Origin: Acidobacteriota bacterium
GTDB taxonomy: Bacteria; Acidobacteriota; Thermoanaerobaculia; Multivoradales; UBA5704
Direction of reading: 5' to 3'
DNA length: 64,000 bases
NCBI GenBank assembly: GCA_040005235.1
Contig: JBDTZG010000014.1
Span: 42,206 to 106,205 of the forward strand
Shown: piece by piece, positions 48,733-59,205 of the stretch
Position numbering within the stretch: the first letter of the stretch is position 1
Layout: each line of letters opens with the position of its first letter
Program-made: the position numbers and the translations under genes
Notes under the pieces: model-generated
The model's database searches: none
Told to the model about the DNA's origin: nothing
The model's input: only the letters and a program-made list of their open reading frames with translations

Positions 48733-51700
48733 TTGAATCAGTCAGGTATCGAGAATCGACCAGGCGAGCCCGGCTCGGAAGAGATCCTGGGGTTCAGCCT
48801 ATCGCCGCAACAGCGCCGTGCGCTCTGGTTGAAAGAGCGCACGGCCGGCTCGGCTTTTTGGATTCAATGCACCTTTCGGATCGAAGGCCCGATCGAGCTG
48901 AAAGCGCTGCGCCATGCCGTGAGTAGGGTGGTGGCTCGCTATGAAGTCCTACGGACGGTTTTCGTGACCACGCCGGCCCCTGCCAAACAGGTGATTCGCG
49001 AGTATCTGGCGCCGCATTTGCGACATCTCGATTTGCGCTCTCTGGACGAGGAGGCCCGCGCCGCCGCCGTCGATCTCGCGGTTTCCGAGGCGGTCCGGGA
49101 GCCCTTCGACCTGGAGCGCGGGCCCTTGATGCGGGTCTCTTTTTTGACTCTGGAGCCCGAGCTGTCGATCTTGGAAATATCCCTGGCGGCCGTCTGCGGT
49201 GATCGCTCCACCCTGCTCCGAATCGTTGAGGAAATTGCCCGCGGGGTCGACCCGCCCGATGGGGAACCCGAAGGCGAGGTGCTTCAGTATGCCGATATGG
49301 CCGATTGGCTGAATCAACTCGAAGAATCGAGCGAGCCCTGGACCCGAGAAGCGGCCTGGCCGAGCCGCGACGCAGCGGAGCTGGACGCTCTGCTTCTCCC
49401 GTTCGAAAGCCCAACGGCGAGCTTCAGGCCCGGCGTAATTCCGGTGCCGTTGGCGCCCGGAGCGCTCGCCGGGCTGGAGGCCCTGGCCGCTCGTCGCGGA
49501 GCCTCTCTTGCGGGAGTCCTTCAAGCGGCCTGGCATGCGGTGCTCGGCCGCCTCACGGGCTCCCGCGAGATGGTCGTCGGATCGTCGACGGACGGGCGAA
49601 GGTACGATGAGCTCCGGGAAGCCGTCGGCCCCCTCTCCAAAGCCTTGCCGATCCGCTCCCGACCCGCTCCGGCAATGCCATTTTTCGACCTGCTCGCTGC
49701 GGTCGAAGCCGCCATCGCCGAGGCGATACGAATCGAGGAGTCGTTCAGTTGGGAGCCGCTCCTCGGAGGGCGCGAAGGGCGGGGGTATTTCCCCTTCGCT
49801 TTCGAGCTCTGGGAAGAGCCGGTACCGTTGCGAATCGGCGGTACGGTGTGGAGCCTCGGACAGGTCTCCGGCGGCGGAGAACGCTTTACCGCGGCCCTCG
49901 TTTGCCGACATTCAGCGGGTGCTCTCAAAGCCGAGGTCGGCTACAACGAGGCGGTCCTGAGCCGCGAAGAGGCGGAGCGGCTGGCCGAGCGTTTCGCCAC
50001 CTTCCTCTCTTCCCTCATGGCTACGCCCGAGGCACCGACCGGCTCCTTGTCGATGGTGGGCTCCAAAGAACGGCTGCAGCTGCTTGGCGACTGGAACGAA
50101 ACCCGCAGCGAAGATGTCGAGAAATGGCCGGTCCACCGGTGGTTCGAGCGGCAGGCGCGCACTACGGCCGAGAACACGGCCGTGGTGGCAGGAGGGGTGC
50201 GCCTGACCTACTCGGAGCTGGACCGACGCAGCAATCAACTTGCGCGTTTTCTGCGCCGGTCCGGCGTTTCTCCCGACGTCCTCGTCGGCCTCGCCGTGGA
50301 GCGATCCGTCGCGATGGTCGTCGGCCTCCTGGGGGTCTTGAAGGCCGGAGGGGCGTATCTCCCCCTGGACCTCGGCCACCCTCGGGAGCGACTCGAAATG
50401 ATCCTCACGGAGGCGCGTCCGGCGGTGGTTCTCACCACAATGGAGTCCCTCGAGCGCCTGCCTGTAGCCGCGGAGCGGCGGGTCTGCCTCGACCGCGATT
50501 GGGAGCGGATCGCCGTCGAGAGCGCCGAACCGGTGGCTGCCGCGGTGGCCTTGGAGAATCTGGCCTACGTGATCTACACCTCGGGGTCTACCGGCCGACC
50601 CAAGGGGGTGATGATCTCCCACGGCGGACTGCGCAATTACCTGCTTTGGGCCACCCGGGCCTATGGAGCCGGAGAAGGGCAGGGGTCTCCGGTTCACTCG
50701 CCCCTCGGTTTCGATCTTACCGTGACCAGCCTTTTGAGCCCGTTGGTTGCCGGCGGCGCGGTCGTCTTGGTGGAGGAGGCGTCCGGCGTCGACGGCCTTC
50801 TTGAGGTTCTGCGCCAGGGAATGGACTTCGGCCTGGTGAAGCTGACGCCGGCCCACCTTTCGCTGGTGGAACAGGGCCTAGGGGTGCCATTCGAGGGAAA
50901 AGTGCGCACGTTGGTCGTCGGGGGGGAAGCCCTTTTCGCCGAGAGTTTCGCCGCCTTGCGTGCCGAGGCGCCGGCCACGCGCATCATCAATGAGTACGGT
51001 CCGACGGAGACCGTCGTCGGTTGCTGCACCTACGAGGTCCCCCTGGAGGGAGCGCCGCCCGCCGGAGCGGTTCCCATCGGTCGTCCGATCGCCAATACCC
51101 GCCTCTACCTGGTCGACGGGTGGTGGAATCCGGTGCCTCGCGGCGTCCAAGGCGAGATTTGGATCGGCGGCGCGGGGGTCGGTCGCGGCTATCTCGCCCG
51201 GCCGGATCTGACGGCCGAGCGCTTCGTCCCCGATCCCTTCTCGGACGAACCGGGAGAGCGGGTCTACGTCAGTGGCGATCTCGGCCGCCTTGGGCTGGAC
51301 GGAAACCTCGTCTATCTCGGACGAACCGATCACCAAGTCAAGATTCACGGCTATCGGATCGAGCTCCAGGAGATCGAGGCCGTCCTGCGTCGCCATCCGC
51401 ACGTCCGTGAGGCGGCGGTGGTCGTGGCGGGCTCGGGGTTGGATAGCAGGCTCCTCGCCTTCGTGGTTCCTTCCGGCGAGGCGGTGGATCAAACAGCGCT
51501 GGCCGCTTTTTTAACCCTTCATCTTCCTTCGTACATGATCCCCGCCCAGATCGGCCAGATCGCGTCCCTTCCCTTGACGGAAAACGGCAAGGTGGATCGC
51601 GGTCTCTTGTTGGCCCGAGAGGCGGAGACGGCTGCCCGGAGGGATTTCATCGCGCCTCGGACGCCGGTCGAAGAGCTGCTCTCCGGGATCTGGGGTGATT

Positions 51701-54700
51701 TGCTCGGCGTGGCTCGCGTGGGGGTGGACGACGACTTCTTCGAGCTCGGAGGGCACTCACTCCTCGCCATGCGTCTCGTCTCCCGCATCCGGTCGGCCTT
51801 CGGAGCCCGCCTCTCGCTGGGCGTCGTTTTCAGCGCCCGCACGGTGTCGAGCCTGGCTCGGGCCGTAGAGGCCGAACGCTGGCGAGACCTTGAGAGGGGG
51901 GCCGGCGCGATCACCCGAGCCGAGCGGGACAAACCGCTGCCGGTCTCACTGCAACAGCGCCGGCTTTGGATACTCCATCAGGTGAACCAAGGCGAAATGG
52001 TTTACCACATACCCTATGCCTTACGGCTGGCCGGCGACCTGGACCTCGAATCCCTGAGGTGGGCGATCACCCGGCTGAGCGGGCGTCACGAGTCGTTACG
52101 AACGACCTTCGGCAACTTGGACGGCGAGCTGGTCCAGATCGTGGCCGATCCGATGGCCGTGCAGTGCCCGTGTCTCGATCTCAGCTGCCTCTCCGAGGAG
52201 GATCGGGAGGTCGAGGCCCGACGTCGAGTCCGGGAAATGATGCACCGGACTTTCGACCTCCAAACCGGCCCGCTGCTGCGAATACTTACGCTTCGGCTCG
52301 CCCGGCAGGAACACATCGTCGCCCTGTCGATGCACCACATCATCTCCGATGGTTGGTCGATGGAGATTTTCGTGCGCGAGCTCGTCACCCTGTACGAGGC
52401 CTTTCGCGCCGGAGAAGGGCCGCGGCTGCCGGAGTTGCCGATCCAATACGGCGACTACGCCGCCTGGCAGCACCGCTGGCTGACCGGGGAGGTCCTCGAT
52501 CGGCACATCGATTTCTGGCGCCGCCGGCTCGCCGAGCCCCTGCCCCAGCTGGAGCTCCCGACCGATCGGCCCCGTCCGGAATTTCCCGGCTTGGGCGGCG
52601 GCACTGTGGCGATCGCTTTCGATGGCGGCGTCTATGGCGATCTGCGGCAACTGGGACAACGTCAGCTCGCCACGTCTTTCATGTTGTTCCTCGCGGCTTG
52701 GAACGTTCTGCTCAACCGCTATACCGGCCAGGAGGACATTCTGATCGGGACCCCTATCGCGGGGCGGGACCATCCGGAAGTCGAAGGTCTGATTGGGTTT
52801 TTCGTCAACACTCTGATCTTGCGCAACGACTTGACGGGAGAGCCGACCTTCATCGATCTCCTGGATCGGGTGCGCGATCGGGCGCTCGACGCCTATGCCC
52901 ATGACGAGCTGCCGTTCGATCGCCTGGTCGAAGAGCTTCAGCCGGAGCGACGGTCGGGGCAGACGCCGTTTTTCCGGGTTGCCTTCACCCTGGTCAACCG
53001 GCCGCGGGTGGATGTCGGCTTCAGCGGACTCAAACTCGGAGCGTTCGAGATCGAGGTGCCGATCTCCAAATTCGATTTGACGCTGAGCTGCCTCGAACAG
53101 GAACATCAGGTTCTGCTAGAGATCGAGTACAGATCCGATCTCTACGAAAGCTCCACCGCCTTGCGCATGCTCGGGCATCTCGACGTGCTTCTGCGAGCCG
53201 TCGCCGCGGATCCCGCCCGGCCGATCTCGGAGCTGCCGATGCTCACGCCAAGCGAGCTGCGGCAGGCGGTGGGGGATTGGAACGCCACGGCGACGAAGTA
53301 TCCCGTCGGTTCCTGTATCCACGAGCTTTTCGAGACCCAGGCTCGTCGGACCCCTGGCCGGCAGGCGGTCGTCTTCGGTGACCGATCGCTGACCTACGGC
53401 GAGCTCGACGAGCGCGCCACCGGGCTGGCGCAGGGACTCCGCAAACTGGGGGTCGGCCCCGAGGTGTTGGTGGGACTGCTGATGGACCGGTCGATCGACA
53501 TGGTCGTGGCGATGGTCGGCATCCTCAAGGCGGGAGGCGCCTATCTGCCCCTCGATCCGTCCTACCCCCGCGAGCGCCTCATGCTGATGCTGGAGGATTC
53601 CGGATCACCCTTGGTGGTCACCCATCAGGCGCGGCTTGCGGAGGTCCCGGAAGGAAATTGGAAAACCTTGTCGTTGGAGCAGGATGCCGGCGAGGGTCGA
53701 GGCGGCGCCATCTTTTCCGGCGCCACCCCCGAGAGCCTCGCCTACGTCATCTATACCTCCGGATCGACCGGTGTTCCGAAGGGCGTGGCGGTGCCTCATC
53801 GCGCGATCGTGCGCCTGGTCCGCGACACGAACTACGTAACGCTCACGGAGACCGACCGGATCGCGCAGGTTTCGAATTCCTCTTTCGACGCTGCGACCTT
53901 CGAGATCTGGGGGGCGCTGGCCAACGGCGCCGGCTTCGTCATCATCGAGAAGGACGTCGCGCTCTCGCCACGGGACTTCGCGGAGGTCTTGCGCCGCGAA
54001 AGGATCACGACGACGTTCCTCACGACCGCGCTTTTTCAGCAGATCGTCCGCGAGGAGCCGAGCGCATTCGCAACTCTTCGCGAGGTTTTGTTCGGCGGGG
54101 AAGCGGTCGATCCTCGATGGTCCCGAGAGCTCTTGGCCGGCCGGCCTCCGGAGCGCCTCCTGCACGTCTACGGACCGACGGAGAGCACGACTTTCGCCTC
54201 CTGGCACCTGATCGAGAAGGTCGCCGAAGGCGCGCGCACCATACCGATCGGGCTGCCTCTCGCCAACACCTCGATCTACGTGCTGGAACGCGGCTTCCAG
54301 CCGGTGGCCGTCGGCGTTGCCGGGGAGCTTTTCATCGGCTCCGACGGGCTTGCCCGCGGCTATCTCTTTCGCCCGGAGCTGACCGCCGCGCGGTTCGTTC
54401 CCGATCCGTTCGGCCCTTCGGGATCCCGGCTCTATCGCACCGGCGACCTCGTCCGGCGGCAGCCGGAAGGACCGATTGAATTCCTGAGCCGTGTCGATCA
54501 CCAGGTCAAGCTTCGCGGGTTCCGGGTCGAGCTGGGCGAAATCGAGACCGCGTTGCTGAGTCATCCCGCGGTGGGAAGCGCGATCGTCGTGGTGCGCGAG
54601 GACGTTCCGGGGGAAAAAAGCCTCGTCGGTTACGTGGTGCCGAAGCAGCAGGCCGGATTCGACGTCCGCGAGCTCAAGGCGCTGCTCAAGCAGCGCCTGC

Positions 54701-57700
54701 CCGAGTACATGGTGCCGAGTGCGCTGATCCTCCTCGACGCCCTACCCCTCAATGCCAACGGCAAGGTGGATCGGGCCGCCCTACCCTCGCCGTCGGAGGG
54801 GCGCGAGGGGAAGGCGGATGGATTCGTCGCACCGCGGACTCCTGTCGAAGAGGTGCTGGCGATCCTCTGGGGGCAGGCCCTGGGGGTCGAATCGATCGGG
54901 GTCCACGAAGACTTCTTCGACCTCGGCGGCAATTCGCTGCTGGCCACCCGTTTGATCTCGCGCATGCGCGAGACTTTTCACGTCGACGTCTCGGTGCGCC
55001 GGATGTTCGAATCTCCGACGATTTCCGGCATCGCCCAGGACCTGGAAAGCGACCTGCGAACAGGGCTGATCCAGGCGGCCCCGGACCTGGTGGCCGTGCC
55101 GCGCACCGGCGAGCTTCCCCTCTCCTTCTCGCAGCAGCGTCTCTGGTTTCTCGACCAGCTGCTTCCCGAGGGAAATGTTTACAACATCTCTACCGCCATT
55201 TGGCTCGAAGGCGTTCTGAAAGTGGCTCCGTTGCGCCGCAGCCTCAATGAGATCGTTCGTCGGCACGAGGTCTTGCGCAGCCGTTTCTTCTCGGAGCAGG
55301 GCCGACCGGTCCTCGCGATCGAGCCGTCCGTGGACCTGCCGCTCCCGGTGGTTGATTTCCTGGCGGTGCCCGCGGCGAGACGCCATGGCGAAGTTCAAAA
55401 AATGGCCCGCTGGGAAGCGCAACGGTCCTTTTCGCTCTCCCAGGCGCCGCTGTTGCGGGTCGTTTACGTGCACCTCGGCGACGGCGAACAGGTCCTGCTG
55501 ATGACCGTGCATCACATCGTCTTCGACGGCTGGTCCGCGGGCATCTTTTTTCGCGAGCTCGAGACTCTGTATCGCGCCTTCGCCGCGGGTCGCCCTTCGC
55601 CCCTGGACGAGCTGCCGATCCAGTACTTGGATTATGCGGGATGGCTGCGAAATTGGCTCGCAGGCGAGGTTTTGGAGCAGCAGCTCGCCTATTGGCGCCA
55701 ACAGCTCGCCGGGGCGCCCTCCGTCCTCGAGATGCCCTTGGACCGGCCGCGACCCGGTGTGCAGACTTTCCGCGGCGCGAACCGCTCGGCGAACCTGCCC
55801 TTCCTCGCCGCCCGGCGCCTCAAGGCGTTGAGCCGTGAGCAGGGGGCGACCTCGTTCATGACGATGCTCGCCGCGTTTTACGCCCTGCTCCATCACTATT
55901 CCGGACAAGATCGGATCGCCGTCGGGACGCCGATCGCCAACCGCACGCGCTCCGAGACGGAGTCGCTCATCGGGCTCTTTGCCAACACGCTCGTTCTCTG
56001 CTCCTGGGTCGATGGCCGGCGCAGTTTCCACGATCTGATCGCCGTGGTACGCGATGTCGCCATCGGCGGTTACGCGCACCAAGACGTGCCGTTCGAAAAG
56101 CTGGTGGACGAGCTGCATCCTCAGCGCGACCTCGCCCATCAACCGCTGTTCCAGGTGATGCTGGTCTTCGAAGGGCAGAATCAGACGGGCGGCGGCGCCT
56201 CCGCTCCGAGTCTCAACGCCAACGTCGTCGACAGCTCGCAAGGCGCGGCGAAGTTCGACATGACCCTCTTCCTGGACGAGGACGGTGCGCGTCTGTCCGG
56301 CATGCTGGAATACAACGTGGATTTATTCGACGGCACGACCGCGGGGCGCCTGTTGGAGCATTTCGGCGCGCTGCTGGAAGGGCTTGCCGAAGATCCTCAC
56401 CGCAGCATCGCCGAGCTGTCGATCCTCTCGGCGGCGGAACGGCACCAGACCCTCATGGCTTGGAACGACACGAGCCGCGTCGTCTCCGACGAGCGCGGGC
56501 TGCAGCAACTCTTCGAGGAGAGAGCGGCCTCTCAGCCGACGGCAACGGCGGTGGTCTTCGCCGACCGTGACCTTACGTACGGCGGACTGGAGGACCAGGC
56601 GAACCGCATCGCACGCCACCTGCGGTCCTGCGGGGTGCAGCAAGGCTCGTTGGTCGCGGTGTACATGGAGCGGGCGCTTGAGATGATCCCGGCTCTGCTG
56701 GGCATTCTCAAAGCGGGCGGAGCCTACGTCCCGCTCGAAACCAGCTACCCGCCGGCACGCGTCGAATGGATTCTGTCGACCTTCGACATCGGTTTCATGA
56801 TCACCCAGAGCGCACTGCTGCCCGGCGTGGGAGCGCTGAGCTTGGAGGCGCTCCACGACGTGCTGTGCCTGGATCCGGAAGGCGCTTCTGCCGCAATGCC
56901 GCAAGAATACGGCTTTCGGGTCACCGCCGACCTGTCCGCGCTGTCGCCGACCCGGATCGAGGGCGGAGCGGGCGCCGAGGACACGGCCTACATCATCTTC
57001 ACCTCGGGGTCCACGGGAACGCCGAAAGGGGTGTGGGTACGGCATCGCTCGGTGATCAATCTGATCGACTGGGTCAACCGCGAAATGAACGTAGGGCCGC
57101 ACGATCGGTTGCTGTTCCTCACCTCGCTCTGTTTCGATCTCTCCGTCTACGACATCTTCGGCATCCTGGCGGCGGGCGGCTCGCTGCGCGTGGGTCGGGA
57201 AGAGGATGTGCGGGAGCCGCAACGCCTGCTCAAGATCCTGCTGGAGGGTGGGATCACGTTCTGGGACTCCGCTCCCGCCGTCCTCCAGCAGCTGGTGCCG
57301 TACTTGGACGCAATGGGACCGGGCGAGGGAGGAGATACCTTGCGCCTGGTCTTCCTGAGCGGCGACTGGATTCCGGTCACCCTTCCCGATCGGGTCCGCC
57401 GCGTCTTTCCGCGCGGGCAGGTCGTGGCTCTCGGCGGCGCTACGGAGGCGACCGTTTGGTCGAATTACTTCCCGGTCGGCGCGGTGGATCCTCAATGGGT
57501 CAGCATTCCCTATGGACGGCCGATTCAGAACGCGCGCTACTACGTGCTCGGGCCGGGACTTCAGCCCTGCCCGATCGGCGTGCCGGGCGATCTATATATC
57601 GGCGACGAATGTCTTTGCTCGGTCTACGCCGGCGATCCCGCGCTCACCGCCGATCGCTTCATTCCCGATCCGAATGGCCATCGGGCCGGCGGACGCATGT

Positions 57701-59202
57701 ACCGCACCGGTGACCGAGCGCGTTTCCGCGGCGATGGCAACCTCCAATTCTTGGGGCGCTCCGACAACCAGGTCAAGCTGCGCGGCTTTCGCATCGAACT
57801 GGGCGAGATCGAGGCCACCCTGCGACGCCACCCGGGCGTCGGAGAGGCCCTCGTGGTGGTCCGCGAGGACTCAGCGGGAGACCGCCGCCTGGTGGCCTAC
57901 CTACTTCCCGACCCAGGGCAGAGTGCCGATTCCTCGGCCCTGCGCGGCTTCGTCAAGGACCAGTTGCCGGAATACATGGTGCCGTCCGCGTTCGTCCATC
58001 TCGCGGCTTTTCCGATGACGCCCAATGGCAAGGTCGATCGGCGCGCCCTGCCGGCGCCGGGCCGGATCGAGACCCGGGACGAAAGGTTTCTGCTCCCTCG
58101 CGACACCGTGGAGCTCAAGCTCGTTCAGCTCTGGGAGGAGATCCTCAAGGTCAATCCGGTGCATATCGATGACGACTTTTTCGATCTCGGCGGCAACTCG
58201 CTCGTCGCGGTTCAACTGATGGCCCGCATCCGGTTGGACTTCCAGCGCGACCTCCCGCTCGCCACCCTGTTTCAATCCTCCACCATCCTCCAACTGGGCC
58301 ACGTGCTGCGCCAACAGGTCGAAGGAGCGAGCTTTTCGCCCTTGGTGGCGATCCAGCCCTTGGGCCGCCGGCCGCCGCTCTTCTGCGTGCATGGCATCGG
58401 CGGCGAGGTGCTGTCGTACCTTGAGCTCGCCCGATGCCTGGGCCGCGACCAGCCGGTCTATGGGCTCCAGGCGCCGCCTCCCGCCGACCTGGGAGCCGAG
58501 ACGGTCGCCTTGGAGAAGGCCGCCGGCCTTTACATCGAGGAGATTCGTACCCTCCAGGCTCAAGGCCCCTACCAACTGGCCGGATACTCTTACGGTGCCG
58601 TGTTGGCGTTCGAGATGGCCCAACAGCTGCGGCGAGCGGGGGAGCAGGTCGCCCTGCTCGGCCTGATCGATGGCTTCTCGCCGCTCGTGGCACGACGCGG
58701 TCGCAGCCGTAGCGACGTCATGATGCTCGCCAGCATGGCCCGCGAAGTCGCGCGTCGCTCCGGACGGGATCTCAACCTGACCAACGAGAGCGTGGAAACG
58801 CTGCCGCCGGACGATGCGATCGGTCATATCCTGGATCTCCTTCTGGCGTCCGACCTGTTGCCGCCGGAGACCGATCGCGACTGGATCCAACGATTCCTGA
58901 GCGGGATCAAGTCCCGAGAGGATTCGCTCGCTCAATATGAGCCTCAGGTCTATGACGGCGAGGTGACGCTGTTCACCTCTACCGAGGTAGACGCCGAAAC
59001 CGCCCGGGTGTTCATCGAGCTGGGGATCGATGTCCACGATCCGACCCGCGGCTGGGAGGCGTTGACGAGTCGGCCGATGAGGATTTTCCCGCTGCCGGGC
59101 CATCACGAAACCATCCTCCAAGCGCCCCACGTGGCCATCATGGCGGAGCACTTTCGGACCTGTCTAGCACCCGGCGCGGCCGACCGCCCGGCGGAGGTCT
59201 GA
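48733..59202 (+). CDS. Terminal NRPS: C-like interface domain-A(Asn)-T-C-A(Ile/Val)-T-C-A(Cys-like)-T-TE
   Basis: Start placed at TTG 48733 (TAAGGGG upstream, no overlap with the previous gene) rather than 48553. N-terminus FSLSPQQ...LAAVCGD. A codes DLTKVGEVGK (Asn), DAFFLGVTFK (Ile/Val), DLYDFSLVWK. T motifs GGHS, GGNS, GGNS. TE: PLFCVHG, GYSYG, PGHH. Confidence 0.95.
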   Translation: MNQSGIENRPGEPGSEEILGFSLSPQQRRALWLKERTAGSAFWIQCTFRIEGPIELKALRHAVSRVVARYEVLRTVFVTTPAPAKQVIREYLAPHLRHLDLRSLDEEARAAAVDLAVSEAVREPFDLERGPLMRVSFLTLEPELSILEISLAAVCGDRSTLLRIVEEIARGVDPPDGEPEGEVLQYADMADWLNQLEESSEPWTREAAWPSRDAAELDALLLPFESPTASFRPGVIPVPLAPGALAGLEALAARRGASLAGVLQAAWHAVLGRLTGSREMVVGSSTDGRRYDELREAVGPLSKALPIRSRPAPAMPFFDLLAAVEAAIAEAIRIEESFSWEPLLGGREGRGYFPFAFELWEEPVPLRIGGTVWSLGQVSGGGERFTAALVCRHSAGALKAEVGYNEAVLSREEAERLAERFATFLSSLMATPEAPTGSLSMVGSKERLQLLGDWNETRSEDVEKWPVHRWFERQARTTAENTAVVAGGVRLTYSELDRRSNQLARFLRRSGVSPDVLVGLAVERSVAMVVGLLGVLKAGGAYLPLDLGHPRERLEMILTEARPAVVLTTMESLERLPVAAERRVCLDRDWERIAVESAEPVAAAVALENLAYVIYTSGSTGRPKGVMISHGGLRNYLLWATRAYGAGEGQGSPVHSPLGFDLTVTSLLSPLVAGGAVVLVEEASGVDGLLEVLRQGMDFGLVKLTPAHLSLVEQGLGVPFEGKVRTLVVGGEALFAESFAALRAEAPATRIINEYGPTETVVGCCTYEVPLEGAPPAGAVPIGRPIANTRLYLVDGWWNPVPRGVQGEIWIGGAGVGRGYLARPDLTAERFVPDPFSDEPGERVYVSGDLGRLGLDGNLVYLGRTDHQVKIHGYRIELQEIEAVLRRHPHVREAAVVVAGSGLDSRLLAFVVPSGEAVDQTALAAFLTLHLPSYMIPAQIGQIASLPLTENGKVDRGLLLAREAETAARRDFIAPRTPVEELLSGIWGDLLGVARVGVDDDFFELGGHSLLAMRLVSRIRSAFGARLSLGVVFSARTVSSLARAVEAERWRDLERGAGAITRAERDKPLPVSLQQRRLWILHQVNQGEMVYHIPYALRLAGDLDLESLRWAITRLSGRHESLRTTFGNLDGELVQIVADPMAVQCPCLDLSCLSEEDREVEARRRVREMMHRTFDLQTGPLLRILTLRLARQEHIVALSMHHIISDGWSMEIFVRELVTLYEAFRAGEGPRLPELPIQYGDYAAWQHRWLTGEVLDRHIDFWRRRLAEPLPQLELPTDRPRPEFPGLGGGTVAIAFDGGVYGDLRQLGQRQLATSFMLFLAAWNVLLNRYTGQEDILIGTPIAGRDHPEVEGLIGFFVNTLILRNDLTGEPTFIDLLDRVRDRALDAYAHDELPFDRLVEELQPERRSGQTPFFRVAFTLVNRPRVDVGFSGLKLGAFEIEVPISKFDLTLSCLEQEHQVLLEIEYRSDLYESSTALRMLGHLDVLLRAVAADPARPISELPMLTPSELRQAVGDWNATATKYPVGSCIHELFETQARRTPGRQAVVFGDRSLTYGELDERATGLAQGLRKLGVGPEVLVGLLMDRSIDMVVAMVGILKAGGAYLPLDPSYPRERLMLMLEDSGSPLVVTHQARLAEVPEGNWKTLSLEQDAGEGRGGAIFSGATPESLAYVIYTSGSTGVPKGVAVPHRAIVRLVRDTNYVTLTETDRIAQVSNSSFDAATFEIWGALANGAGFVIIEKDVALSPRDFAEVLRRERITTTFLTTALFQQIVREEPSAFATLREVLFGGEAVDPRWSRELLAGRPPERLLHVYGPTESTTFASWHLIEKVAEGARTIPIGLPLANTSIYVLERGFQPVAVGVAGELFIGSDGLARGYLFRPELTAARFVPDPFGPSGSRLYRTGDLVRRQPEGPIEFLSRVDHQVKLRGFRVELGEIETALLSHPAVGSAIVVVREDVPGEKSLVGYVVPKQQAGFDVRELKALLKQRLPEYMVPSALILLDALPLNANGKVDRAALPSPSEGREGKADGFVAPRTPVEEVLAILWGQALGVESIGVHEDFFDLGGNSLLATRLISRMRETFHVDVSVRRMFESPTISGIAQDLESDLRTGLIQAAPDLVAVPRTGELPLSFSQQRLWFLDQLLPEGNVYNISTAIWLEGVLKVAPLRRSLNEIVRRHEVLRSRFFSEQGRPVLAIEPSVDLPLPVVDFLAVPAARRHGEVQKMARWEAQRSFSLSQAPLLRVVYVHLGDGEQVLLMTVHHIVFDGWSAGIFFRELETLYRAFAAGRPSPLDELPIQYLDYAGWLRNWLAGEVLEQQLAYWRQQLAGAPSVLEMPLDRPRPGVQTFRGANRSANLPFLAARRLKALSREQGATSFMTMLAAFYALLHHYSGQDRIAVGTPIANRTRSETESLIGLFANTLVLCSWVDGRRSFHDLIAVVRDVAIGGYAHQDVPFEKLVDELHPQRDLAHQPLFQVMLVFEGQNQTGGGASAPSLNANVVDSSQGAAKFDMTLFLDEDGARLSGMLEYNVDLFDGTTAGRLLEHFGALLEGLAEDPHRSIAELSILSAAERHQTLMAWNDTSRVVSDERGLQQLFEERAASQPTATAVVFADRDLTYGGLEDQANRIARHLRSCGVQQGSLVAVYMERALEMIPALLGILKAGGAYVPLETSYPPARVEWILSTFDIGFMITQSALLPGVGALSLEALHDVLCLDPEGASAAMPQEYGFRVTADLSALSPTRIEGGAGAEDTAYIIFTSGSTGTPKGVWVRHRSVINLIDWVNREMNVGPHDRLLFLTSLCFDLSVYDIFGILAAGGSLRVGREEDVREPQRLLKILLEGGITFWDSAPAVLQQLVPYLDAMGPGEGGDTLRLVFLSGDWIPVTLPDRVRRVFPRGQVVALGGATEATVWSNYFPVGAVDPQWVSIPYGRPIQNARYYVLGPGLQPCPIGVPGDLYIGDECLCSVYAGDPALTADRFIPDPNGHRAGGRMYRTGDRARFRGDGNLQFLGRSDNQVKLRGFRIELGEIEATLRRHPGVGEALVVVREDSAGDRRLVAYLLPDPGQSADSSALRGFVKDQLPEYMVPSAFVHLAAFPMTPNGKVDRRALPAPGRIETRDERFLLPRDTVELKLVQLWEEILKVNPVHIDDDFFDLGGNSLVAVQLMARIRLDFQRDLPLATLFQSSTILQLGHVLRQQVEGASFSPLVAIQPLGRRPPLFCVHGIGGEVLSYLELARCLGRDQPVYGLQAPPPADLGAETVALEKAAGLYIEEIRTLQAQGPYQLAGYSYGAVLAFEMAQQLRRAGEQVALLGLIDGFSPLVARRGRSRSDVMMLASMAREVARRSGRDLNLTNESVETLPPDDAIGHILDLLLASDLLPPETDRDWIQRFLSGIKSREDSLAQYEPQVYDGEVTLFTSTEVDAETARVFIELGIDVHDPTRGWEALTSRPMRIFPLPGHHETILQAPHVAIMAEHFRTCLAPGAADRPAEV

Positions 59203-59205
59203 GCC

